Virus record (IMG/VR): IMGVR_UViG_3300042320_001544
Span: 1-57,705 of that record
DNA length: 57,705 nucleotides
Direction: 5' to 3' (one strand)
DNA from: a virus
Lineage: Duplodnaviria; Caudoviricetes
The position numbers and the translations under genes were made by a program. Under the pieces are notes generated by a model that ran no database searches, was not told the origin of the DNA, and saw nothing but the letters and a program-made list of their open reading frames with translations. This document shows positions 1 to 10,189 of this stretch, piece by piece (the stretch's first letter is position 1; the number at the start of each line of letters is the position of its first letter).

Positions 1-127
1 GGCTACCTGCCTACGCCATTGACCATAACCTGTGAACTCGCGATCCAGCGGCGGCGGGCCTTCCTCAGCGGTGAGGCTTGTCCAGTCTTTATCAAGGACG
101 GTTTCCCCCATGATGGGTTGGGCTTCG
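1..127. repeat. 127-bp terminal direct repeat (copy 1); circular contig overlap
   Basis: 1-127 (ggctacctgc...gggcttcg) is identical to 57579-57705; a reading frame runs straight through the junction. Confidence 0.97.
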
Positions 128-3100
128 TCAACCATCTGGACCGGCTCAAACTGCTCACTGGCCTTCTTCGTGAAATCCCCGCCGGCGAGCCAGGCTTTGA
201 GGTCGTCGAGGCTGGTTTCGAACACGGGGCCGACTTTCCAACCGGGGGTGAAGCTGGATTCATAGCCGGCGCGGGCTTCGTCGAGGGTTTCAAACCCGAG
301 CATGATCTTGTGCTCATCGAAATGGCCATTGCCTTGCTTCACCTGATCGACCACAAAAACGGTCTGGCTTTCGGGCTTGGGTCCAATGAACACGTCCACG
401 TTGTCGCCGTCTTTGCCCGTGGTGCGCTTGAGATAGCCATAGTGATGCGGCAGCGTGACACTCCAGGCTTTGCCGTCGCGATCCGTTCCGCTGCGCTCAC
501 TGCCGGCGGGGTTTTCAATCGAGATGTCCAGCCCATGCAGGCGCAGGTGCCCCTTTTGGTAGTTCCCTGCCTTTTTCTGGGCTTCAGTGGGCTCGGTGTT
601 AACCACCGATGCCGCGGCGCGCACGGCCTCTTGAGTAAGCACGGTATTGACCTGTGCGGCTTGCTCCCGTTCCGCATCCGCAGCCAATGCGGAAACGAGG
701 GCTGTTGAGGTCGGCGAATTGTAAACCTGCTCCCAATCTACGCGGCCGGCGGCCTCGACGGCTTCCTGATTAACGACGCCAATGGCATTCCACAGGGCTT
801 GCGAAAAAGGCCGCGCCGCCCCGTTGGGCATCATTGTATCCAAAAACGTGGCTAGCATTGCAGGGGTATTGACTCCCTCGGCGTCCATTTTTGCAGCCAA
901 CTCAACGAATCCGGCCAGTTTTGCCGGAGGCAAACGACGCCGGCCAAACACTTCTGAGGCCACCGCTTCCGGTGCGTTCAAAGCCAAGGTCTTTTTCGCC
1001 GCGGCTGGCGCAGCCACCCGGCGATACCCCAGCACCCGTTCCTTCGAAAATAAGGTGACTGCCACCTCGTCGTTCACATTCCCATTTAAAACGGCGATGT
1101 GGGTGTCGGTTTCATCCAAATACAAACCGACATGCCCGCCCCATCCGGTTTTGCCGCCGGTCGCAGGGTTGTTGTTCCACATCACGACCACATCCCCGAA
1201 TCGGGGGTTCTGCGTGGGCTTGCCAACGGACAGAAATTGTCGGGCGGATAGAACTCGGGTCGGTGAACCCGTGCGGTTGAGCGCGAAGGATACGCTTGCC
1301 GCACACCAGGGGAAGGTGTCGGCACTTTGCACGACGCCCATGCTACGCAGCATGGCAGCCACTTTCGGGCTGTTGCTTTCATGCTCGCCCAGCAACGCGG
1401 CCAGCGCGGTGGTCGGGGCGCTGTCACCCCTGCCCAATAGCCATTTGGCCAAAGATTTGGGGGCGTTGACGTATTGATCCGGTCCCTTTAACCGAGTCGA
1501 GAGTTGTCTAAATTGAAATTCCCGTGTGCCTTTGAACGAGATTTGGGTGACATCGATCTCGGGGCGATTTAAATTTAACGACGATTCCCCATCGAATGCC
1601 GGAACCATGACGGCCGGCATTTCCTGTGAGACGGTGTCAATTTTCGACTCGGGCAGCTCGACGCCGGTCACCCATGGAGCCATGGTGCCAAACGTCGCGG
1701 GGCGGGCTTGCAAAACAGTGGCTGCTACCGTCGCGGGATCAATCGACGCAAGGGAGGCCGGAGACGAACCCACCGGCATCAACGCCGTGGCCAACCCCAC
1801 CAACAGGGTGGCTGCGTTCTTCCAGATTTTCGCGGCAAACCTCACCAAATGAGGCAGCGTGCGCTCGAGCCATTGCATGAACTCAGGGCGCGATTGAGAC
1901 GCGGCTACAGCCACCGCGTTGGCGACCGATTGAGGAGCGGACGCTTGGATCGCGGCCATGTCCGCATTGTCCGGCAATGCCTGAAGCGCCGAAACTTCGT
2001 TTTCAAATCCGCCGAGATCGATCAAATCCGCAAACTGAGCCGCAAACGCGGCCCGGAGTTCGGCGGAGAAAGTGGGCTCAGGCGCTGCGGCGGTCGGCGC
2101 TGCGGTGGCAGTCGGTGCTGAGGCCGGTGAAGTTGGCGCGGGTGCGACTTCTGACGGGCGCGCAATGTCTCCATTGGCCCGCAATTCCGCGTGCAAGCCC
2201 GTGGGCTCCACATAATACAGGCGACCACTGTTGGACTGCGCGCGCCGGCGCTTGAGGGTGTCAACGGCCGAATCAATTTTCCAACCTGCGATGCCAAGGG
2301 GCTTCAACGCGGCTTTGACCTTGGTCAGGAAACGGCGCTCCTCCGCTGCGGTTTGGGTGCCCTTAAACGGGTATGCTGATTTGATGGCGTCAAAAACGAC
2401 AGACGAGTCCGGCGCGGCTGCTGGCGGAGGTGATTCCGCCGGCAGTCCGGCTTTCTCCCGTGCCTTGGCTTTGACCTTTTTGACTTTCTGGGCTTGGGGT
2501 GTCTCAGCAGGGGGTGCCATTGCGTCTGCCTGCGCTGCCGTTCTCTCCCAGCTCGGCATGAGACGGGCCTCGATCTTAGCCAAGAGCGCCTCGAACCGTG
2601 GCAGAGCGCGATTGTACACGTCCTGCTGGCGCTCGGTGAGATCATCTGGGTCCATGGCCTCCAGTTCATCCATCCGGGCGCGCACGGCGTCGCGCATGCC
2701 TTCGAGGGTGCGGGCTCTGGCAGGTAGCTCAATCAGCGTGTCTTGAAGCGGACCTTGAACCGGTCCTTCCACGAGCGTCGCGACGGGTAGCGGGGTGCGA
2801 ACCTGCGGGGTGCGTTGGTCAGGTGGCGCGACCGGTGGCACAAAGGCGACCACGGCACCGTCATCGCGGAACCAGTTTTCATCAGGGTTGGGCTCGGTGT
2901 CGTAGCCCCAGCCCAGACTCTCGGCCATCTCCTGCACATCGGCCGGCAGCCAGATGCGCTCCATGTAGGGAATGGATGCCGGGAACTCATTGAGCGGGTC
3001 AGGAATACTGGCGCTGCCCACAATGCCAGCGTCCCAGGCGAGCCACTGACCAAACCGGCGTGCTTCCTCGGCCATGGCGCGCCGTGCTTCCCACGGGGCC

Positions 3101-6100
3101 TTGAACACATTCGCATCGGCGCTGAGCACCACACCGTTGTCGGTAATCGCATACCACTTGGGCACGTTGGGGTCTTGTCTGCGGGTGTATTCCCGCAGGG
3201 CGGCGATCCGCTGCCCGGTGTTCTTCATTTCTCGACCTACCGCGCTGGACGGATTCCGGTGTCCCGGCACCTGCACTCCGAGGCGTTGCAGGGCTTCGAC
3301 CGCGCGGGCCGTGTGCCAATCGATCACCGCTTTGAGCGCCGGATCGGTCGCGGTCAGGTTGCGCAGGCGATTAATCAACCGCTTGAACATATCGACCAGC
3401 TTTTGCTTTAGACCGGGGTCCGCCTGAGCGGCTTCGGTGATCTTCTGGCCAAAAAGGCGATCTTCAAACAGCATGCGCTGCGCTTCAAAGCCCATGGTCA
3501 CGGCTATTTCGTCGGACCACTCCGCCGGCTCTTCTTCCATGCGCCCATCGTCGATGGCGGCGGCGAAGTAGCTCTGGTAGGCATCCGACTGAAGATCCGC
3601 CGGCAGGCTTCCCCAGAAATCGCGCATTTCGTCTACGCTGAACTCACGCAACTGCATGGCATGAATCACCTCGTGACTGACGATCTGAGCGATGACATCA
3701 CCCTCCATGCGCAGGTTCTGAGCCACCCAACTGGACAGGTCCACTTTCAACACCACGCGGGTGTAACGGCCATCGGCGCCTGGGTCCATGCCCTCGGTCA
3801 GGATGCCAGAGCCGGGCAGGCCCTCGACGAGTTCAATGTCATCAAACGCCCCTTTGCGAGCCGACAGACTGCGCCGGAGCACCGCCAGTGCGGTTTGAGC
3901 CCGAGCCGTGGCGTTGGGGCGACCCGCAAACTGGGCCAGCGCCGCTTCGACGGCGGTGTCCCAAAGTTTCCGGGTTAGGGGCGGTGTGACCCGCCCCCCG
4001 CTGGCCGGCGGGACGGTTTCGGGGGCAGGCTGCCCGCTTTGGCTTGGGCTTCCAGCGTTGTTGCGTGGGGTCGGTTCGGGGGTGTCGGGTTGCTCATTGG
4101 GTGTTATCTCAGGTTCTGGATTGTTTGCAGGAGTCGGTTTTGCGCGCTGGGTGCCAGTCGTTTGAGTAGTTGGGCGGCTTCCCCCTGCTCGAGACTGCTG
4201 ATCTCGGCCTCCGCTAGCGGGCACGGGTGCATTGGGCGCGGGGTCCGTTGCAGGGCCCGCCTCAGCGTCTCCGCCTGTTGCGGTTTCAGCAGTGCGGCCA
4301 GCTCCAGGTTCGGCAGTTGGTTGAGATCCGTCAGAATCACGGCGGTTGAGCGGGGTAGTGTTTTCAAGTTCACGAGCTTTTTGGAATCCGGCTTTGAGCG
4401 TTCCTTTTTTGGCGGCGACCACGATGACGGCATCGGCGATCCCGGAGAGAATGAGCACGGGATTAGCGGACAAAACGCCGCCCACCATTTTGAACAGGAT
4501 GCCCACGGCAGCCCATCCGGTGGCGATCTCTTGGCCGTTCTTGGCTCGCTTGTAGAGCCGATAGGTTCCCACGAGGGCAAGACCACTGCTGAGCGCTTCA
4601 CCAATGTTTAGCGACATCCATTCGGTGGCGGCTTTGTCACTGACCACGCCGGCATGGACCAGCCATTGCACACCGGGCAGGGGAATGCCGCTCTTGGTCA
4701 GGCTGTCTTTGAGGAGTTGTCCGGCATACTCAGGCAAAACCCCCACCCCGAACTTGTCAATGACTGCGCCGACACTGGCCAGCGGATCGTGGCCGAACCA
4801 CACCCGGTGAAACCACGGCGCGGACATGTTGGCCTCGATGACCTCCGCCATGCCGGAGTTTTGCACCTTGTCGATCCACTGACCCACTTCAGAGCCGGGA
4901 AAGGCTTTGTCGATGATTTGGGTGCCAAACGAATGAAATTTCCCGTAGCGATCCGTAAACCCGAACGGCAGACCGGTATCGACGATCTTGTATCCAAAAG
5001 CCGTAGCCAGCTCCCTCAGCATTCGCGCAAAGGGTTGAATTTGCTCGCGCGCACGGGCCGCCTGCTCAGGCACCTCGGCTTCCGTTTCGGGCGGTGCCGT
5101 TGGCTCCATGGGCTCGGGCGCGGGTTGCGCCGGCGTCGGGGCTTTAGAGGTCGGTGTGGCCGGCTGTTGGTTCACGGCCGGCTGCCCAATGTCTCCCACC
5201 GTGGCCGTGGCTCCACCCTTCAGCATGGCGCGCACCTGCGGTTTCTTCATCGCCATTTCGGCGGCCTGCTCAGGCGTGGAGGCTTGAACGGGAATGTTCA
5301 TGGTCCGAACACCTCCCGTTTTCGAGGTGATCGTGATCGGCACCATGAACCACTGCGGCGCGGGCGTTTCGGCGGGTTTCTCGCGTTTACGAATAATTGA
5401 CGCGGGTTTGATTTGGACTTTGTTGCCGTTTACATCTTTGACCTCTTGGTGAACAAGTATTGCCGCAATATCAATAGGCTCTCCATAGCCCTCGACAAAA
5501 GCCTTTCCATTCGGAAGAACACCTTCAATTGTGAACTCTTCCCCTCCATCCTCAATAACCTTGTCCCCCCTTTTTAGCGTTGCTGCAATTCTGACTGCGG
5601 CGGCGCGCCGGTTGGCAATTGCTTGATCCCGTTCTTGGCCTGGGGTCGTTCTATCATAAATAGACCTGACCGGTTCCGCGACAATATTCTCGTCAGAAAG
5701 TGTTTCAGCTTGCTGGGGGTCAGACATTGTTTGTCCTACGCCCTTGGCAGGTGACGGCGTCGGCTCCACGGGCTCGACGGGCTCGACGGGCTGTTGCGTT
5801 TCCGCAGGTGCCACCTGCTGGGGGTCGGACATCGTTTGTCCTACCCCCACGGCGGGCTCAGGCGTCAGATTTTCATTAACGGAATCATTGACCTCACGGT
5901 TATTGCGCGCTTCAAGAGGTCGCAATTCTTGCAGTTCACTCGGGGTTGCCACCCCTTTCGCCCGCTTGTCCAAAAGTTCCGTGTATCGGGTCCGCTCTTG
6001 GTCATTTAAAAGGTCTGCATCGCCGCTTGGTGCACTGCTTGGTGCACTAGTTGGTGAGGGCACCGTCTGACTTTGCTCATCGGGCGGAAAGATCATCGCT

Positions 6101-9100
6101 CCCGTTCTGGGCATGGCTTCATTGAGCGCCGCCAGTCCGGCTTCGGTGATGACGTAAGTGCCATCCGCTTGGCGCTTGGCCAGCGGAATGCCGGGCATGG
6201 GCTCCACGGGCGCATCCTTTAAGGGCTGGCCTTTGGCATCCACCCTTACGGGCGGCGGGGCCACAGGACCGGGCTCGACGCCGGCCACGGCACGTTCCAA
6301 GGCTTCGGCTTCGGCCTCGGTCAGCGGCATTCCCCTCACGGCGCGCACAGCGGCATTGGCAAACTCACGCAGCGCTGGATCGGCGATGCCGTTGACCTCC
6401 TGCATGATGTTCTTTGCTTCTTTAACGGCGGCTTGTTGCTTCTGGGTGGCGGCCGTCAGCACTTGGACGGCGGCTTGCGCCTTTTGGGTGGCAGCTTGAA
6501 CTTGGGCGAGGGCCGCCGGTGAGGCCGGGCTCTTGGCGATCTGCGCGACCACGGCTTTACTCTGAGCAATGGTTTCCAGTGCGGTCTTGACCTCTTCCGC
6601 CGTTGCTTTGGTGGTCGGCGGCAGGTAGGCGCGAGCTTGTTTCCAGTCCGCTGCCGTCATCGGATCGGTTGGATTGTCCTTGTTCCAATTCGCCACAAAT
6701 CCGCGCACGGCGGCATTATCTTTCGCGTAGGCGGCTCCTTTGGCCACGGCATCGGCTCCCATGCCCACGGTGGCCATCACGGGGCCCATGCCCAAAGCCC
6801 CTAAACCTTCCTGCACAAAACCATCGAGCACGTCGCCCACCGTGGCACCGGTGCCCATGGAGGTGATCGCTCCTTCCATGCCCTCACTGACAAACGACAC
6901 GCCGGCAGTTTTTAAACCTTGCACAGCGGTGTTCCGCAGCGTGGAGCCTTTGACCATGCCCACTGTCGAAAACCAGTCGCCCAGTTGCTCGGCCTTGAGC
7001 GTCGCCCGGTTGGCCCACGTCAGCGCCTTCCCGCTGGCAATAGCCTTCTGGGTGGCGGTCTTGGCTCCCATCAGCGCTTTGCTGGCAACCGCTTGAGCCC
7101 CGGCGCTGAGCGCTTCCACGGCCTGCTCTTGGACGGGTGCCACTTGCGCACCCACAAACCCCATCTGCAACCGTCCAAAGTTTTCTGTGTCGGTCAGGGT
7201 GCCGTTGGCGCTTGCGTAGGCTGCGGCCGCTTCTTCAAGGTAACGTGCGCGCGGGGTGCTGGTCAGTGCGTGGCGCAGGGCATCTTTGTACACAGGGTTT
7301 CGGGTGGCCTGATACGCATTGAGCGCCTGCGCCGCCGGGCTCTCAGGGTTGTCGATGTCGAAATAATCCGCTGCATCGGGATCGGTTCCTGTCAGCGCCA
7401 AAGCTGTTTTTTGGATGTCGGCGCGCAGGCGCACACGCTGGTCAGGGGTCAATTGTTCATCGCCGGCCAGTTTCGTGAGTTCATCGAGACTCTTGGTCAG
7501 CTTCTTGCCCTCAACCCCACTCCAGAGGGCCGTGACATCAAGCGTGGCGCGATCACGAATGAAATTCAGCATGCCCTTGGCGCTTTCGCCGGTCTGCCCG
7601 TGGATGAGATCAATTTCATCCCACGAGTACGACACTCCTCCCAGTTCCGCCGCGTCATCGACATTCAGGCCGCCGGCCGCTTGACCGATCAATGATACGA
7701 CGGTGGCCGGTGCCCGAATGGCCAGTGAATAAATTGCCCCGAGGGATGATCCGACACCGCTCTGCGCAGCGGAGTCCAATGTGTCAACAATGCGGCCGTA
7801 ATACCCCTTGGTATCTTTGGCTAGGGTATCGGCAAACGCGGCAAATTTGCCGGGGTCGAAGTCAATTCTTGAGGCATTCCGGCCGTGATATTCGGCGATG
7901 AACTTGGAAGCAGCCGCATCGATGGCGGCATTGTATTTCCGCAGGTTGCCCCCGAGGCTTTCTTCCGCGCGGATGGCCTTGGCTTCAAGGCTGTCGCCCT
8001 TGATGAACGCATTCCACGCTTGCCGCGGCTCACCGGGTCCGGGGGCCTCTCCGTAAAAAATGCGCTCCAACTGCCGGCCCTCCTGGGCGCTGATCTGTCC
8101 ACTCTGCCACAAGGCACGGGTGTTCAGGCGCGGCATGGGCTGAGAGGGGTCCGCCATCCACTTGGCGATCTGCTCGTTCATGCCGGGCTGCATCTCGACA
8201 AGGATCTCGCCGCGCTCAGCGTCGTTGGAGCTTTGCCAGCGAGTGATCACATCGCTCACCATTTCCGGCGACCACCGGCGCGCACGCCATTCGTCAGCAA
8301 TGGCCTTGTCGTCTCCGCTCCCTTTGAGCTTGGCGGTAAACTCAGGGGCCACGTCGGCATACTCCGGCACTCCATCATACGGATTGCCAGCCGCGAGCGA
8401 GGGCGACGGTGCCCCGCGCTTCATTTCCAGCGCTGGGATTCCATCGTCGTCCCGGTGCACGCGGGCCACGGTTTGGCCGTTGGCTTTGACTTCATCTTTG
8501 GTGATCTCGAACCCCTCGGGGGCAAACAGGTCCGCTTTGCCCACCTCGCGCGCGGTCTGGCGTGCCATTTGGCCAGCCAGATCACGAGCCGGCAACGCGG
8601 CCGGAATAGGAAACAAGGACGAATCCCGCTCAGCTTGGTCAGCCCGGTCGATCCTCACCTTTTGCAGGTTGGGCATTAGTGAATCCGCCTCAGCGAGGGC
8701 ATCCAACGCCGTGCTGCCGTTGGGCATTAGCTTCATGCCTGGCATGAGCAGAGGTGCACCGCCATCGCTGATGGGCCGAAACCCTTCATTGCCGGGCTTC
8801 GGCTCCACGGGCTGAGGGATCGCTTCACGCCGGCCAGTGTTGGTCATGAGTTTGAGGCGATCCTCTTCCGCCCCAATGGCTTGATTGGCTGCGCTGCGGC
8901 CTTGGGACCGCCACTCCTCTTCGCGCAATGCGGCTCGATGTGCCTCGGCGTCCAGCTCTGCGGCTCGCTTTTCTTTGGCAGCCAGCGTGGCCTCGATCTC
9001 CTTCTTTTGCGCTTCGAACACAGGCAACTGCTCAACATCGGTCATCTCATCGAGCGCTTTGTCCAAGCGTTGGATTTGCTGCTTGTCATAATCCAAATCA

Positions 9101-9768
9101 TTTTTCGCAAGGTTGTATTTCTCGCGCGCTTGTTTTGTCTGACTTGCAAACTGGGTGTCGGCGTCGGCGACCACTCGCTTGCTCGCACCCACGCCGACCC
9201 GTCCCACTTTGATCGCGCGGGTCATTTCGTCTTGCTCCGCTTTGGCACTGGCCTCAGCGGTGGTCTTGGCTGTCTTCTCAGCGGCTTTTTCTTCTTTGGC
9301 CTTGGCGGCGGCTTGGGCTTTCGGATCTTCGCCCAGGGTGCGCTCACCCACGCCGGTGATTTTTTGCACCAGTTTGCCGTTCTTGCTCGTGACGGGCGCA
9401 TCGTTCCACGCATTACGCAAGCCCGAGGGTGCTAAGGGGTCGATCTTGTAGGGCGTCCCGTCTTTTGGATCTCGGTAAAGGCTGGGACCGGTCTTAATGA
9501 CTCGATCTCCCCCACTGGCCGGCGTGATCGGGATCACCTGTCCCTGTGCGTTGGTGAAAAATTTCACCGGTTGACCGCCGGCGACCTCGGGGTTCTTCTC
9601 CGGCTTGTCCCCTTTGCGGGTGCTTTCTTTGGCTTTTGCAGTTTGGCGCTTTTCCTCGTAGGCGTCTTTCCGCTCGCGGCTTTCGCGCTTTTCTTTGTAG
9701 GCGTTGGCTCGCTCACGAGCCTCGATGGCGGCTTGACGAAAACGGGAGGGTTTGGCGGGATCACTCAT
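1..9768 (-). CDS. Giant polyvalent (internal virion/ejection-type) protein, N-terminal 3,256 codons; continues across the junction to the stop at 44487 (7,619 aa in total)
   Basis: Triplet-by-triplet reading shows no minus-strand stop in this frame from the ATG at 9768 (MSDPAKPSRF...) to base 1; in-frame TAA upstream at 9838-9840; same frame as the 4400-aa ORF. Contains a hydrophobic HR..GHD domain (~4400-5000), HEVIH (3661-3675), a TIGR02594-like PWCAA...GHVG...LNGN peptidase (~1020-1420) and an InPase-like domain (~180-600). Confidence 0.93.
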   Translation of the reverse strand, partial: MSDPAKPSRFRQAAIEARERANAYKEKRESRERKDAYEEKRQTAKAKESTRKGDKPEKNPEVAGGQPVKFFTNAQGQVIPITPASGGDRVIKTGPSLYRDPKDGTPYKIDPLAPSGLRNAWNDAPVTSKNGKLVQKITGVGERTLGEDPKAQAAAKAKEEKAAEKTAKTTAEASAKAEQDEMTRAIKVGRVGVGASKRVVADADTQFASQTKQAREKYNLAKNDLDYDKQQIQRLDKALDEMTDVEQLPVFEAQKKEIEATLAAKEKRAAELDAEAHRAALREEEWRSQGRSAANQAIGAEEDRLKLMTNTGRREAIPQPVEPKPGNEGFRPISDGGAPLLMPGMKLMPNGSTALDALAEADSLMPNLQKVRIDRADQAERDSSLFPIPAALPARDLAGQMARQTAREVGKADLFAPEGFEITKDEVKANGQTVARVHRDDDGIPALEMKRGAPSPSLAAGNPYDGVPEYADVAPEFTAKLKGSGDDKAIADEWRARRWSPEMVSDVITRWQSSNDAERGEILVEMQPGMNEQIAKWMADPSQPMPRLNTRALWQSGQISAQEGRQLERIFYGEAPGPGEPRQAWNAFIKGDSLEAKAIRAEESLGGNLRKYNAAIDAAASKFIAEYHGRNASRIDFDPGKFAAFADTLAKDTKGYYGRIVDTLDSAAQSGVGSSLGAIYSLAIRAPATVVSLIGQAAGGLNVDDAAELGGVSYSWDEIDLIHGQTGESAKGMLNFIRDRATLDVTALWSGVEGKKLTKSLDELTKLAGDEQLTPDQRVRLRADIQKTALALTGTDPDAADYFDIDNPESPAAQALNAYQATRNPVYKDALRHALTSTPRARYLEEAAAAYASANGTLTDTENFGRLQMGFVGAQVAPVQEQAVEALSAGAQAVASKALMGAKTATQKAIASGKALTWANRATLKAEQLGDWFSTVGMVKGSTLRNTAVQGLKTAGVSFVSEGMEGAITSMGTGATVGDVLDGFVQEGLGALGMGPVMATVGMGADAVAKGAAYAKDNAAVRGFVANWNKDNPTDPMTAADWKQARAYLPPTTKATAEEVKTALETIAQSKAVVAQIAKSPASPAALAQVQAATQKAQAAVQVLTAATQKQQAAVKEAKNIMQEVNGIADPALREFANAAVRAVRGMPLTEAEAEALERAVAGVEPGPVAPPPVRVDAKGQPLKDAPVEPMPGIPLAKRQADGTYVITEAGLAALNEAMPRTGAMIFPPDEQSQTVPSPTSAPSSAPSGDADLLNDQERTRYTELLDKRAKGVATPSELQELRPLEARNNREVNDSVNENLTPEPAVGVGQTMSDPQQVAPAETQQPVEPVEPVEPTPSPAKGVGQTMSDPQQAETLSDENIVAEPVRSIYDRTTPGQERDQAIANRRAAAVRIAATLKRGDKVIEDGGEEFTIEGVLPNGKAFVEGYGEPIDIAAILVHQEVKDVNGNKVQIKPASIIRKREKPAETPAPQWFMVPITITSKTGGVRTMNIPVQASTPEQAAEMAMKKPQVRAMLKGGATATVGDIGQPAVNQQPATPTSKAPTPAQPAPEPMEPTAPPETEAEVPEQAARAREQIQPFARMLRELATAFGYKIVDTGLPFGFTDRYGKFHSFGTQIIDKAFPGSEVGQWIDKVQNSGMAEVIEANMSAPWFHRVWFGHDPLASVGAVIDKFGVGVLPEYAGQLLKDSLTKSGIPLPGVQWLVHAGVVSDKAATEWMSLNIGEALSSGLALVGTYRLYKRAKNGQEIATGWAAVGILFKMVGGVLSANPVLILSGIADAVIVVAAKKGTLKAGFQKARELENTTPLNRRDSDGSQPTAEPGAGRTAETATGGDAEAGPATDPAPNAPVPASGGRDQQSRAGGSRPTTQTTGTQRAKPTPANNPEPEITPNEQPDTPEPTPRNNAGSPSQSGQPAPETVPPASGGRVTPPLTRKLWDTAVEAALAQFAGRPNATARAQTALAVLRRSLSARKGAFDDIELVEGLPGSGILTEGMDPGADGRYTRVVLKVDLSSWVAQNLRMEGDVIAQIVSHEVIHAMQLREFSVDEMRDFWGSLPADLQSDAYQSYFAAAIDDGRMEEEPAEWSDEIAVTMGFEAQRMLFEDRLFGQKITEAAQADPGLKQKLVDMFKRLINRLRNLTATDPALKAVIDWHTARAVEALQRLGVQVPGHRNPSSAVGREMKNTGQRIAALREYTRRQDPNVPKWYAITDNGVVLSADANVFKAPWEARRAMAEEARRFGQWLAWDAGIVGSASIPDPLNEFPASIPYMERIWLPADVQEMAESLGWGYDTEPNPDENWFRDDGAVVAFVPPVAPPDQRTPQVRTPLPVATLVEGPVQGPLQDTLIELPARARTLEGMRDAVRARMDELEAMDPDDLTERQQDVYNRALPRFEALLAKIEARLMPSWERTAAQADAMAPPAETPQAQKVKKVKAKAREKAGLPAESPPPAAAPDSSVVFDAIKSAYPFKGTQTAAEERRFLTKVKAALKPLGIAGWKIDSAVDTLKRRRAQSNSGRLYYVEPTGLHAELRANGDIARPSEVAPAPTSPASAPTATAAPTAAAPEPTFSAELRAAFAAQFADLIDLGGFENEVSALQALPDNADMAAIQASAPQSVANAVAVAASQSRPEFMQWLERTLPHLVRFAAKIWKNAATLLVGLATALMPVGSSPASLASIDPATVAATVLQARPATFGTMAPWVTGVELPESKIDTVSQEMPAVMVPAFDGESSLNLNRPEIDVTQISFKGTREFQFRQLSTRLKGPDQYVNAPKSLAKWLLGRGDSAPTTALAALLGEHESNSPKVAAMLRSMGVVQSADTFPWCAASVSFALNRTGSPTRVLSARQFLSVGKPTQNPRFGDVVVMWNNNPATGGKTGWGGHVGLYLDETDTHIAVLNGNVNDEVAVTLFSKERVLGYRRVAAPAAAKKTLALNAPEAVASEVFGRRRLPPAKLAGFVELAAKMDAEGVNTPAMLATFLDTMMPNGAARPFSQALWNAIGVVNQEAVEAAGRVDWEQVYNSPTSTALVSALAADAEREQAAQVNTVLTQEAVRAAASVVNTEPTEAQKKAGNYQKGHLRLHGLDISIENPAGSERSGTDRDGKAWSVTLPHHYGYLKRTTGKDGDNVDVFIGPKPESQTVFVVDQVKQGNGHFDEHKIMLGFETLDEARAGYESSFTPGWKVGPVFETSLDDLKAWLAGGDFTKKASEQFEPVQMVDEAQPIMGETVLDKDWTSLTAEEGPPPLDREFTGYGQWRRQVA

Positions 9769-9907
9769 GGCTTGGAGGGTTTGGGTCGGCGCTTGGCCGC
9801 ATGACGGAAACGGGCGGATTGAATGTTTGGAGCACCCTTACGGGCACCGCTCCACGCTTGGGCCTGCGGGTAGGGCCCCGTGCTAGCGGCGATGGCGGGT
9901 GCGGGGT

Positions 9908-10102
9908 TCATGGGGTGCGTTTTTTGAGCGTGCGCTTCATGGGTCGGCTGGCTTTGCGAAAGCGCGACGCTGGCTTTTGACCTTTGGCCATCTGCTGGCG
10001 GACGGGTAGTGGTAGGTCATCCTGATCATAGCCGGACCAATCGAACGCTTTCATGTCGTTGCCGGGCTTGTATTGGTCTGGGGGGTAAAGTCCTGTGTTC
10101 AT
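9908..10102 (-). CDS. Small hypothetical protein, basic C-terminus
   Basis: 64-aa ORF in genome-wide orientation filling the gap upstream of the giant gene. Confidence 0.5.
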   Translation of the reverse strand: MNTGLYPPDQYKPGNDMKAFDWSGYDQDDLPLPVRQQMAKGQKPASRFRKASRPMKRTLKKRTP

Positions 10103-10116
10103 GGTGTGTCATTTCG

Positions 10117-10167
10117 AAACAAAAACGCGGGTCAGCGTCGGCTTGTGCCGTGTCCGCTGAACCCGCG
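10117..10167 (-). terminator. Probable intrinsic terminator
   Basis: Minus strand CGCGGGTTCAGCG...CGCTGACCCGCG stem followed by TTTTTGTTT, just after the stop at 10190. Confidence 0.6.
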
Positions 10168-10189
10168 ACTTCGCCCCGGTGTTCGGTGT

